From Bugula neritina (Eukaryota > Animalia > Bryozoa): a stretch of DNA of 64,000 bases. Shown one piece after another: positions 24,520 through 34,497 of this stretch. Where the stretch lies: NCBI GenBank assembly GCA_964035545.1, contig OZ037772.1:2852001-2916000 (forward strand), read 5' to 3'. The notes below the pieces were generated by a model, which was not told where the DNA came from, ran no database searches, and saw only the letters and a program-made list of their open reading frames with translations. Position numbers and translations under genes: made by a program. How positions within the stretch are numbered: position 1 is the first letter of the stretch; each line of letters opens with the position of its first letter.

Positions 24520-26531
24520 GAATGCCTGGGGTAGGCACCTTCGTTGAGCTATAACTCGTTTGGAATGTGACGAGCGCTCCGACATTGGCCCGCGTGCTGG
24601 TAAGCACCCTCTCTCTTAATAGCTGACTAGATGTGTGTGATCGATCACCCTGTTGTCTTCTATTGTAAATGTTGTCGTGCTCAACTATTTCTTTTCTTAC
24701 TCTTTGTGGGTTTACTTATGTATGTTTTTCTTTTTGGATTATTGTATAGTTTTTCATTATGTGTTTTTTTTATTGTGTTATCAGAAAGTAGGGCTTTCTG
24801 CTGGGGGGGGGGGTCGGTGTAGTGAGTAGTGCAAAGTACAAATACGGGAATCGCCCTCTCCCTACTCTTGGAATACTTAGCCCTTATGTAGCAACCAATT
24901 AGCAGCTCCGGAATATATGCTTCCGATTCACGTGACACTTCCCGGGCTATTAACATTATATCACGTTGTTGTAAGCGGAGGCTTGAAGTAGTAACATGTG
25001 TTAGTAGTTGACTCTTGTATAGGATAATTTGATGTGATGTTTGTTTTATGCTTTATTGTGGATAATAAATATAATTACTGGACAGCTACCCTAGTAATTA
25101 CTGGCAGAATAACCAGCTAACTATACGCAAGTAAATAACTCACGCTCAGTAATTGCACAAATTACTACAGTATTACTAATACTATTAGTATTACTTACAA
25201 CTGTCTTATGCAAGAGAATTAAATCTTTAAAGCGTAGCATCCTTTTCAAGCAAAATAAGGATAATAAGTTTCGTCAAATTGAGTTAAAAACTACAACTTA
25301 TAAGTCACAAGTATAAAGCAACTTATGCTCAGTCATCACTAATCCTAGTGGGTACGGCAAGCATATAGCATAATTTATTTCACAATGCGACAAGATTATC
25401 TAGACGGTGCGATTACGCCTCTCATTGTACTTAAGCAATATCCAATTGTACGGTTCTCATGACTTTAAAATCCGTTTTTGAGAAGCAAGGCTAGATAGAA
25501 GTTAATGATCAATATTGACTCGCTAAGAGTACTCATGTAAACCCGCAAACTACAACTTTTAACTTGACCGCAAAGCTGGAAGTACGATAAGCGTCGCCGT
25601 ATTGATTTCAGGCGAATTTTAGTTGATTTCTTTCAAACTGCTGAGAAGTAATATTTGCTTCCATTTTATGTCTGTATCAGCCATCAGGGCTATCGCGATA
25701 CACTTATAAATGTTCTTAATTCAATCAATATTATGAAATAATTAATGTAGGAAATTCAATTTTGACTATATAGAATAATCTCAATATGAATAAGTATTTT
25801 TTATTTATTGTAACACTTGCACTTCGTCTTACTCTTACTCTTAGTCAGATAACATAGTACATACTCATACTGATAGTTGAAGACCATGCGTTAAAATTAA
25901 CTGTTTCTCTCTTTTCTAAGTTACATTTCAAGTTGCACACTAATAGACACATATGCTTTCAATTTTTTTGATCTATCTTCAAGTTGTGAAACTTGACCAG
26001 TATGACTACGACTAACTGTAACTAGAATAAAATATTGGATGATAGAGAAGTTCCATACCGTTACACCTCCGTTGACTTGTGCTACCGTCGGTAAAACTAA
26101 AAGAGTGGAGCCAAAGAAAAGCATAATCACAGAATTCACAACTTGCTGGTTTGAGATTTTTGTGGTCTAGAGATTGTACTGGGTTACAGGGATCTTTTTC
26201 CCCGTCTGTGAATTTTTGATCCCTGCGGTTGTTTCTGACTGTGGGTAGTTGGAGGTGTTGAGGGAGTGGGCTCACTGGGTAGGCTATATTATTGTAATCA
26301 TATTAACCAATTTGACAGTTTACTAATTCATTGTCTAACTCTGTCTGTCTTAGTCTAGTAACACTATTTATTTATTTATTTACTTATTAATTTAATTAAA
26401 TTACTAGTTTATATTACCAAGTTATATTACTAGTTTATATTACCAAGTTATACTACCAGTTTATATTACCAAGTTATATTACTAGTTTATATTACCAAGT
26501 TATATTACTAGTTTATGTTACCAAGTTATAT

Positions 26532-26861
26532 TGTAGTGAGTAGTGCAAAGTACAAATACGGGAATCGCCCTCTCTCTACTCTTGGAATACTTAGACCCTT
26601 ATGTAGCAACCAATTAGCAGCTCCGGAAGATATGCTTCCGATTCACGTGACACTTCCCGGGTTATTAACAATTTATCACGTTGTTGTAAGCGGAGGCTTG
26701 AAGGAGAAACATGTATTAGTAGTTGACTGATGTATAGGATAATTTGATGTGATGTTTGTTTTATGCTTTATTGTGGATAATAATTATAATTACTAGCAGA
26801 ATAACCAACTAACTATACGCAAGTAGATAACTCACGCACAGTAATCGCACGAATTACTACA
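26532..26861 (+). mobile_element. Solo LTR, family A
   Basis: TGTAGT...ACTACA with TSD ATAT. It is 330 bp long, with a 22-bp deletion between short AATTACT direct repeats relative to the 352-bp LTR. Confidence 0.95.
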
Positions 26862-26998
26862 ATATTACTAGTTTATATTACCAAGTTATACTACCAAGTT
26901 ATATTACTAGTTTATATTACCAAGTTATATTACTAGTTTATATTACCAAGTTATATTACTAATTTATGTTACCAAGTTATATTACTAGTTTATGTTAC

Positions 26999-28409
26999 TG
27001 AAGTAAATTTGTGTCTGACACCAGGTGTCACTATTGACGGTAAGTAATCTCACTTAACAATGAGGGTCGGAATAGAATTCCCTTGTGCGGAAAACTAATT
27101 AAACTATCTAATACTGTTTGTTGCCAAATTATTTGCTAATGTGATTTTAATATTTTCCAGTGACTATTGATTTCTGGTGTTTGGTAACAGTGCTGAAGTG
27201 TGATAGGGACACGGCTATGGTTCGCCGATTTATATCACAGCAACTGTAGTCAGAGACAGTGACAGAAAATCTGATTCCTGATGTTCGAATCGCAGAGACT
27301 CGACAGGAATTCCGCAACGCAAGAGAGTCACTACAGTGGAAAAATGATTTCTGGTGTTCGGTAACAGTGCTGGAGCGTGACAGGGACACGGCTATGGTTC
27401 GCCGATTTATATCACAGCAGCTGTAGTCAGAGACAGTGACAGAAATCAGATTCCTGGGATTTGAATCACCGAGATTCAACAGGAATTGCAGCGCAAGTAA
27501 TCACCATTGACAAACCTATAGAAACTAACTACCACTGTTGCCAACTCAATAGCAACCTAATCAAAGAGCAGAGTATTTCGCAAAGAATAAAATTTATTAT
27601 ATTTATAAGAGTCAATTATAAACATTACAACAGGCAACAGTCGACTGACTGCTACTAAAAATTACAACTCTATTTATATCCATATTACGGACGTCTTGGA
27701 GCACAAAACGGACGTCTTGGGGTACAACCAATTATTTACATACAAAAATTTTATAAAACTCAACAAATTTAATATAAAATTAGCATTACAACTTGTATCA
27801 ACCAATCACAATATATTGTTGTAGATTCGCACAAATATACCATGTCCTTGTTTTATTTTAGAGTTATATTCCCTCGCGCACGTTTCTTTTTTTTGTTATT
27901 ATTATTATATGTAAGCCGAGACTCGTGCGAAGTCGGAGCCCGAAGACGCGATATCGGAGGGGCCTGCCCGAGATCGGGCAGGTCTTCCTCCGATGTCGGT
28001 CGGCGGAACTCCGACGTTCGCACGAGTTTCGGTCCCTCATTAAGTGGCGGGAATTTCCCCCTATATAAGTACGAAGTTTTTCCAAAGCAATTCATTCTTA
28101 TACTGGAGCTCGGAACAGTCAGAAGAAATAAATACTCATATATTCATTTGAATCAAGACTCTTTATTTCTATAACAACAACTGGCATGCAGACTACTAGT
28201 CTATTCTGATAATCCACAAAATCACAACAATATCAAAATTAGTTGACCTAGCTTTGAGTTAGTTAAATTATATTGCCAGAATGATTTAACTTGCAAGTCC
28301 GATAAAAATCACCTTGACCTAGTCTCTATATTCACAATATTGTTATTCAGGGCCGTCAACTTGACGCAACGTGTACTGCTCGATGGCTCTAGTAATATGT
28401 TTTACTACA
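26999..28409 (+). mobile_element. Probable 1411-bp solo LTR of a second family (B)
   Basis: Ends TGAAGTAAA...TTTACTACA (imperfect inverted TG..CA) with 4-bp TSD TTAC interrupting the satellite. Contains TATA (28062-28069), Inr-like TCATTC (28092-28097), AATAAA (28127-28132) and a 177-bp tandem duplication in the putative U3. Confidence 0.7.
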
Positions 28410-28683
28410 TTACCAAATCAAATTACTAGTTTATATTACCAAGTTATATTACTAGTTTATGTTACCAAGTTATATTACTAGTTTATATTACCAAGTTATA
28501 TTACTAGTTTATGTTACCAAGTTATATTACCAGTTTATATCACCAAGCTATATTACTAGTTTATATTACCGTGTTATATTACTAGTTTATATTACCAAGT
28601 TATATTACTAGTTCATGTTACCAAGTTAAATTACTAGTTTATATTACCAAGTTATATTACCAGTTTATATTACCAAGTTATAT

Positions 28684-29370
28684 TGCTATAGATGTATTCA
28701 AGTATTATTTCATACTTGACATTTTGTATGCTATACCACTACAATATAATATACTACAGATATAGCATCCTGCTTCCCTGCAACCTTAGTTAGGGCTTAA
28801 TATTGTTTTGTATTGAATACTTCCATGTATTCTATCTTTTCCCCATTTATAATATCTCTTTTCTTCCATACATAGTGTATGCCTAATATATAGAATAACA
28901 GTAACATTAAATAGACACACACTTACAAGGTTATACACCATGATACAGGACATACAACTAGTTATTGGAGATGGTACAACATTAGCCCTAAAATTATACT
29001 TCCACATATATGATGTTTCGCAACAGGACTTCTAGCCTAAGGATTATAGCACTTCGCTCTTTAGCTATAAGGTACTTATCACTTTCGTACCCTTACCTTT
29101 TATGTTGAGTGACGGAGCTCTGGCTACAAGAAGTAAGCAATGAGAGAACCTTCTGTCTAAACGTGGCAGCTTTGGTACAGGATTCCAGATCTCTTGTACA
29201 CTAGAGTCCGTCGTAAGCAGATGTGACTGAAGAGAAGAATAATACCGGTAAGTGTGATACCAACTATCAACGCGTTATAGTTATACACATGTAGAATATT
29301 CTAATTGTATGCATACCCTGTGTTATATTAGGTACTTAGTAGTTGAAAACCCCCAGTACTCAATATAACA
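28684..29370 (+). repeat. 5' LTR of family C
   Basis: TGCTATA...TATAACA, a direct repeat of 35717-36403. Confidence 0.95.
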
Positions 29371-29373
29371 TTT

Positions 29374-29388
29374 TGGAGGAGGCACTGG
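29374..29388 (+). promoter_or_regulatory. Primer-binding site, possibly tRNA-Cys
   Basis: TGGAGGAGGCACTGG lies 3 nt after the LTR and resembles the complement of the tRNA-Cys 3' end (TGGAGGGGGCAC...) with mismatches. Confidence 0.55.
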
Positions 29389-30489
29389 CTTTTGCCCAAG
29401 GTTGCCCTTGTTAAATATTGTGTCCAGCTTTGAATTAATAGCTCTTGACACTTGGTTAACCACCCCGTGCGCCAGGGGATAAAATTATATTAATACTTTA
29501 GATAGTGTTGATCAGGCCTCATTTGGCTGTTCACTAATATTTTCCTGTAGGTTTTCTATTCGCTGAGCTTATATTTTGCTCGTGGGTAGACCGTAGAAGT
29601 GCTAGGCCGCACTGAGAAAATATTAATTGAAGCCAAAAAGGATCAACTTTTACATATTACCCCAAAACAATATACATCCATAGACTAATAGTAATAGAGC
29701 GAGAATTCCTATATGTTTAATTTTTCTCTGCTGCTTAAAAGGTGAAAACAAGCCAGTTTTAATTTTTTTAGCCTAGAGATAATTAATTGTAGAAGTGAAT
29801 TACCTCCCTTTGCTAATAGGCTAATTTAGTTGTATAATTGGGTGAGCTGCAGATAAGGTTAACACGCTCCTTATTTAGCAGTTAATAAATTCCAAACAGA
29901 TTCAGTCTACGACTGTCTGTTGAGGTATAGGCGCTGACAAGTACTATAATTAATAGTCTTGTCCTAAACATAATTTCTTATAATTATCTACAATTTACTT
30001 TGCAGTGCATTGCCAATCAGAGCATCACTGAATTGTATATTATATATTTACACAGTATATGAATATTACATTGCAGTACTAAGTATTGCAACACCTGCAG
30101 TGCAGTCAGAGTATTATAGTACAAAGCATTGTCCTATTACGTATTATAGTACCTAAGTACAACAACCGCCTTACTACATAGTACGAATATCAAACTAATT
30201 AATTACTGTGGTTGACTAAATTTAGAGTTTAGACTAGGCTTGAATAGCAGAAATAACTGAATAATTTGTAGTGTACAGAGGTCATAATAAAAGACTTCCA
30301 CTAACTTAAAGTATTTAACTGCAAGCCACACCTTGTCATATATACAGGATAGTACATGCACACATATCGTTGAGTAAGAAATAGACACATAATTGTACAT
30401 TAGCACAAAGTATAAACATTAATAACATTGCAAACAAGTACTGCTGAACTCACTTATTAATTGAGAATTATAAGTCACGCACCAACAAT

Positions 30490-33400
30490 ATGAGTACCGG
30501 AATCGTGACCACCGCCACAACTACAGTCACCACTAGTGTTAGTACTATTGCGACACCAGGTAGTGCCACAAATGTAGCCACGGGCTTAGACACTCCTACT
30601 CTCTCACAAGACTCGACAAGAGAAGGAGCTCACGCATTGGTTGAGTTGTCCGCAAGACGACTCCCAATGAACCCGCATGAAATTGCAAGGTTCTACGAGT
30701 TAGAATACAAGAAACTTGTAGAGGAGCAGGAAAAGCAAAAGGATGTATGGAGATATGAGCAAGAACAATGGCGACAGTATCAACAAACGAAAGAGCATGA
30801 ACTGGCGGAACAGTTTCAGCGCCTCGAGGTAGAAAGACAAGAGCAAGCAAGAAGACGGTACGAGATGGAGGAACGTTTTGAAATCCAACGGAGAAAGTTC
30901 TATGAGGAACAGAGCGCTGTTCAAGAACAACAGCAAAATGAGTTCCTGGAAAAAGAGCATCGGCTCACAATCCAGCAACAAAAGTTACAACAACAACTTG
31001 AAGATTTTCGGAATTTCACCTTGGGTCAAAGATCTACCAATGATGCAAATGTCATGCCGGAACCAACTCCGCCACCTCGAACTCGCCTACCTCCACCAGT
31101 TACGCCACGAAAAACAAGTAGAAGACAACTTCATGAACAACCAGCACCTACAAATACTACCTTGGAATTCACATCAAGTTATCCCCACATTGCTAATCAA
31201 CGATCACCAAAACCTCATAACTCACCAATTCAAAGCTTAGCTGAAACACCATCTGAACCCAGCATTGGAGTAGCTGATGCGGGAAAATTTCACAACTCAC
31301 CTATTATTCTGAGAGAGCCTCCACAGAACATCAAATTTAAAGGAACTCCTGGTTCCAGCTGGGAGTTATTTCTTGAAAAATGGGAAAAGAACATAAAAAA
31401 ACTGCAGCTTAGTGATTATCAGATGGCACAAAACCTTCCATATGCCCTGGAAGGTGGTGCCTATCAGGTTTTCAAGGCAGTAGTTGCAAAGGAGCCCACG
31501 CTAGCGATTAGTTACAAAAGTCTTCGAGAGAGGTTATGCAAAGAGTTTGTCGACTCAAGCAAATTAGTGTGGAACATAAAGATGAGGAAGAAAAGCGTAT
31601 TAGAATATTATGGCGAATTTATGGAAGCTGCCAACACCCAATGGCCTGACCTCTCCCTTGAACATAAAGATAGCGAACTAGTATCTGCTTTTATTACTGG
31701 TCTACGACCAGGATTGAAGAGGCACATCCTCTCTAAAAACCCCACAACTGTAGAAAGTGCTAGGAAACTTGCACTTAAGCAAGAAAATGTAGAACATCAG
31801 ATGGGAGATGACACCCAGAGAATAGTGGCAACGGTAAACTCATCGGACTCAGTTCAAAAGCTAGAAAAAGAGGTAGAATGGTTGAAAACTTTAGTGCACA
31901 ACCAAGCTAAAGAGCAACGGCAGCCCCAATACCAACAGCACCAACAACAGAGTCAAGGGTTTGGAATGAGAAATGACAGAGGTAGAGGTGGTGGATGGAG
32001 AGGAACAACAAACCGAGGAAGAGGACGAGGTAGATACTTCAACCAGGGGAAGCCTCAACCCTACTACCAATCTTCTCCCCGGTACCCTCATCCACCAGCA
32101 CAACTTCCTTCCTGCCCACCTCAACCACCCTCTCACCAGCAACCACAACGTAATCAGTGCTCTGGTCAACAGAGAAAAACCAAAGATTACAGTGGGACGC
32201 GACACATCAATGCTATTGAGAGCCTGGAAGGTGATGAATTTGCCGAGGCCCTTCTGACTCAGCCTCCTCAAGATGAGATAGCTGAGGAATCAGTGAATTC
32301 AATTCAAACCTCCCCAAATGAATTCATCTCTGACAGAAAACCCAAAAGAAAAAGAAGCAGAGGACGGGGGACTGGTTTGTCAACAATGCAAACCTACATG
32401 TTGGCACTAGTGGCAATGTGTATGCTAATCAGTGTAGCCGCAGCCACTGCACCAGTAAAAGGCACAGCTCTCCTGGGGCCAGCTTTGGCCAGTCAGACTC
32501 TCACCAGCATACTATCTGTGTTAGTGTTGACAGCAGTAGTGAATGCATTGTCTAACACGACTGTTTTTAACACTACACAGAAGGCACAGCCGCAGTATGC
32601 CAGGTATCCTTTGGTGTGTAGTTCCAGTGAAGTGAGGCGACCATCTATTCATCAATTGAATCATGACTTCCAATGTGATCCGACTCCAAGACCCAATAGT
32701 ACTCATGCGCCAACCCCTGTGAAGGCTACGGTTTACAGAAAAAATGTAGTGGAATGGCGTACAGCAGCCTATCAATGCACTAAAATGCTGTACACCATCT
32801 CCACACAGATATCACTTTTTACGGACGTGAAAACTAAGAAGGAATCTCACCGGTCACTGCCAGTTAGCCGCAGCGAATGCGAAAATATGGTACTAGAGAA
32901 GAGATGCAATGAAGGTGCCCTATCTGGAAGTGATGGTGCATACACTACAAAAAACAAAGCTGTAGGATTAGCTTATGTTTGGTGCTGCAAGTGGCATCAC
33001 TTTGAAGTGAAACAATGCAGTTATATTTCAGCTTCGGTATACAAGACATTTGGGAAAAGTTCTTTTGAAAGCACCGCAGGTGACGTTTCCCATTGCAACT
33101 CATACTCTGATGGCTACTGCAAACTCAGAGATCAATCTATGCTAATATGGGAAACAGAACGAGAAGCTAATTGTCCATACGAGGAGTGGTATGAAGTTGA
33201 AGGAAGTTTCCTTGATGGCTATTTTGTTAGTGATCAAGGAGACTTGGCTTTAACTTTCCGCAAGAACCCCTTTGAGAATATTACCACTTGTGACGGCAAG
33301 TCAGGCACAATGTCGGACCAAGGTTTGCTTGTTGTTTTTAATACTTCAGACCTGTTCAACACCACTCTAACGCAACACGTTGAAAAAGCTCCTGGACTAG

Positions 33401-34497
33401 AATGGGACCGCAGGAGTCGTTTGAGTCCAGCATATGCTGTCATGGACGCTATAGCTCAGTCCCTAGAAGTACAGATCCTCGGAATCGAATCAAAACTGTA
33501 TTGGACATCTTATCAATATACCTGTAAAAACATAGTTCAAGTCCTCAAAACCGTAGCTCTCCTCGCAGAGCAACATGCGACGAGTACAGCCAGATACTTA
33601 CTAGGGGTAAGCAATATCCGAGCTGAGTCTGGTCCTGGTTTTCTAAAGATTTACCCATGTACGGAAATAAAAAGCTACAAAATGCTCCCTATGCCAGAGA
33701 ATAATTGCACCATGTTTATTCCAGTGGAATTGGAACTCAGTGGGGAAACGCACACTGGTTTCATGGATCCAATGGATAACATTATTCACACACAAAGTGC
33801 ACAAGCACCGTGCACATCCAAATCAGCAATTGCATTCCGGATGAACGATGAATTGTTTTGGTATAACCAAGATGGTACCGTAGAAAAGGTTAATCTTGGA
33901 GAAGAGCTGAGTTTACCTGGAATTTCTCTAGGTGCACACCCTCTTAAAATCCATGAAACAATCTACAGCCGTGCCCATCACTTAAGTTGGCCTGACCTGT
34001 CAGCACACTCTGACTTGAATGAATTGCTAGCTACTTTGTCAAGACAGAAACAAGTTTTAGAAGCAATGGGAATTCAATCCAACAGACATGTTTCCTTTAA
34101 AAACAATGTCATTGAGTCGAAAGAAAACTTGATAGGGAACTCTTGGTTTGCTTTCCTGTTTGGAGGGCATGTGGCGAGTGCATTCGAATTGTGGACTTTG
34201 ATATCCAACTGTTTAGTCACCATATTGTCAATTGCATTGCTAGGTATTTTCCTATATAATCGTTGTTGCCAGCGAAGGAGAAATATTGTAGCAGCTATCG
34301 ACATTGAGGACACAGAGAACACATCTGACAATGATGTTGAGGCAGGAGAACAGGATGGGTTCCTGGACGCTTCCGATCAGACTAGCTTCACAGAATTCGT
34401 AGATATGGTAGAGGTGGACACTAGACCAACCCCTAGTGCTCCTTCGCCTGCATCCTCAATTCAGCAATATCGCCCCCTCTATCCGAAACTGCAATGA
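30490..34497 (+). CDS. Gag-Env polyprotein: coiled coil + retrotransposon capsid + RGG-rich region, fused to a class III viral fusion glycoprotein
   Basis: Capsid motifs KFKGTPGSSWELFLEKWE...ALEGGA and SVLEYYGEF...FITGLRPGLK. RGG boxes are present and there is no CCHC knuckle. An internal hydrophobic signal starts at Met633 (32386), followed by a Cys-rich ectodomain with NxS/T sites and an RRSR site. A TM helix lies at about 34183-34257, followed by NRCCQRRR and an acidic tail. Confidence 0.9.
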   Translation: MSTGIVTTATTTVTTSVSTIATPGSATNVATGLDTPTLSQDSTREGAHALVELSARRLPMNPHEIARFYELEYKKLVEEQEKQKDVWRYEQEQWRQYQQTKEHELAEQFQRLEVERQEQARRRYEMEERFEIQRRKFYEEQSAVQEQQQNEFLEKEHRLTIQQQKLQQQLEDFRNFTLGQRSTNDANVMPEPTPPPRTRLPPPVTPRKTSRRQLHEQPAPTNTTLEFTSSYPHIANQRSPKPHNSPIQSLAETPSEPSIGVADAGKFHNSPIILREPPQNIKFKGTPGSSWELFLEKWEKNIKKLQLSDYQMAQNLPYALEGGAYQVFKAVVAKEPTLAISYKSLRERLCKEFVDSSKLVWNIKMRKKSVLEYYGEFMEAANTQWPDLSLEHKDSELVSAFITGLRPGLKRHILSKNPTTVESARKLALKQENVEHQMGDDTQRIVATVNSSDSVQKLEKEVEWLKTLVHNQAKEQRQPQYQQHQQQSQGFGMRNDRGRGGGWRGTTNRGRGRGRYFNQGKPQPYYQSSPRYPHPPAQLPSCPPQPPSHQQPQRNQCSGQQRKTKDYSGTRHINAIESLEGDEFAEALLTQPPQDEIAEESVNSIQTSPNEFISDRKPKRKRSRGRGTGLSTMQTYMLALVAMCMLISVAAATAPVKGTALLGPALASQTLTSILSVLVLTAVVNALSNTTVFNTTQKAQPQYARYPLVCSSSEVRRPSIHQLNHDFQCDPTPRPNSTHAPTPVKATVYRKNVVEWRTAAYQCTKMLYTISTQISLFTDVKTKKESHRSLPVSRSECENMVLEKRCNEGALSGSDGAYTTKNKAVGLAYVWCCKWHHFEVKQCSYISASVYKTFGKSSFESTAGDVSHCNSYSDGYCKLRDQSMLIWETEREANCPYEEWYEVEGSFLDGYFVSDQGDLALTFRKNPFENITTCDGKSGTMSDQGLLVVFNTSDLFNTTLTQHVEKAPGLEWDRRSRLSPAYAVMDAIAQSLEVQILGIESKLYWTSYQYTCKNIVQVLKTVALLAEQHATSTARYLLGVSNIRAESGPGFLKIYPCTEIKSYKMLPMPENNCTMFIPVELELSGETHTGFMDPMDNIIHTQSAQAPCTSKSAIAFRMNDELFWYNQDGTVEKVNLGEELSLPGISLGAHPLKIHETIYSRAHHLSWPDLSAHSDLNELLATLSRQKQVLEAMGIQSNRHVSFKNNVIESKENLIGNSWFAFLFGGHVASAFELWTLISNCLVTILSIALLGIFLYNRCCQRRRNIVAAIDIEDTENTSDNDVEAGEQDGFLDASDQTSFTEFVDMVEVDTRPTPSAPSPASSIQQYRPLYPKLQ

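Larger units (their letters stand above)
21915..25169 (+). mobile_element. Ty3/gypsy family A, copy 2 (more heavily deleted)
   Basis: 352-bp LTRs at 21915-22266 and 24818-25169 (about 7 differences), TSD GTAT, tRNA-Leu PBS at 22268-22285, poly-G PPT at about 24803-24817. Confidence 0.95.

Noticed and set aside
25921-26275. Short minus-strand ORFs, one with a signal-peptide-like stretch
   Set aside because: No recognisable homology or supporting exon chain; cannot be supported without a search.
27916-28070. Parvovirus/densovirus terminal hairpin plus promoter
   Set aside because: No NS1 or capsid coding sequence is nearby, and the segment sits within TG..CA ends with a 4-bp TSD, which a solo LTR explains better.
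28786-29007. 73-aa antisense ORF repeated at 35819-36040
   Set aside because: It lies in the LTRs, so its repetition simply reflects LTR identity; there is no domain signal.
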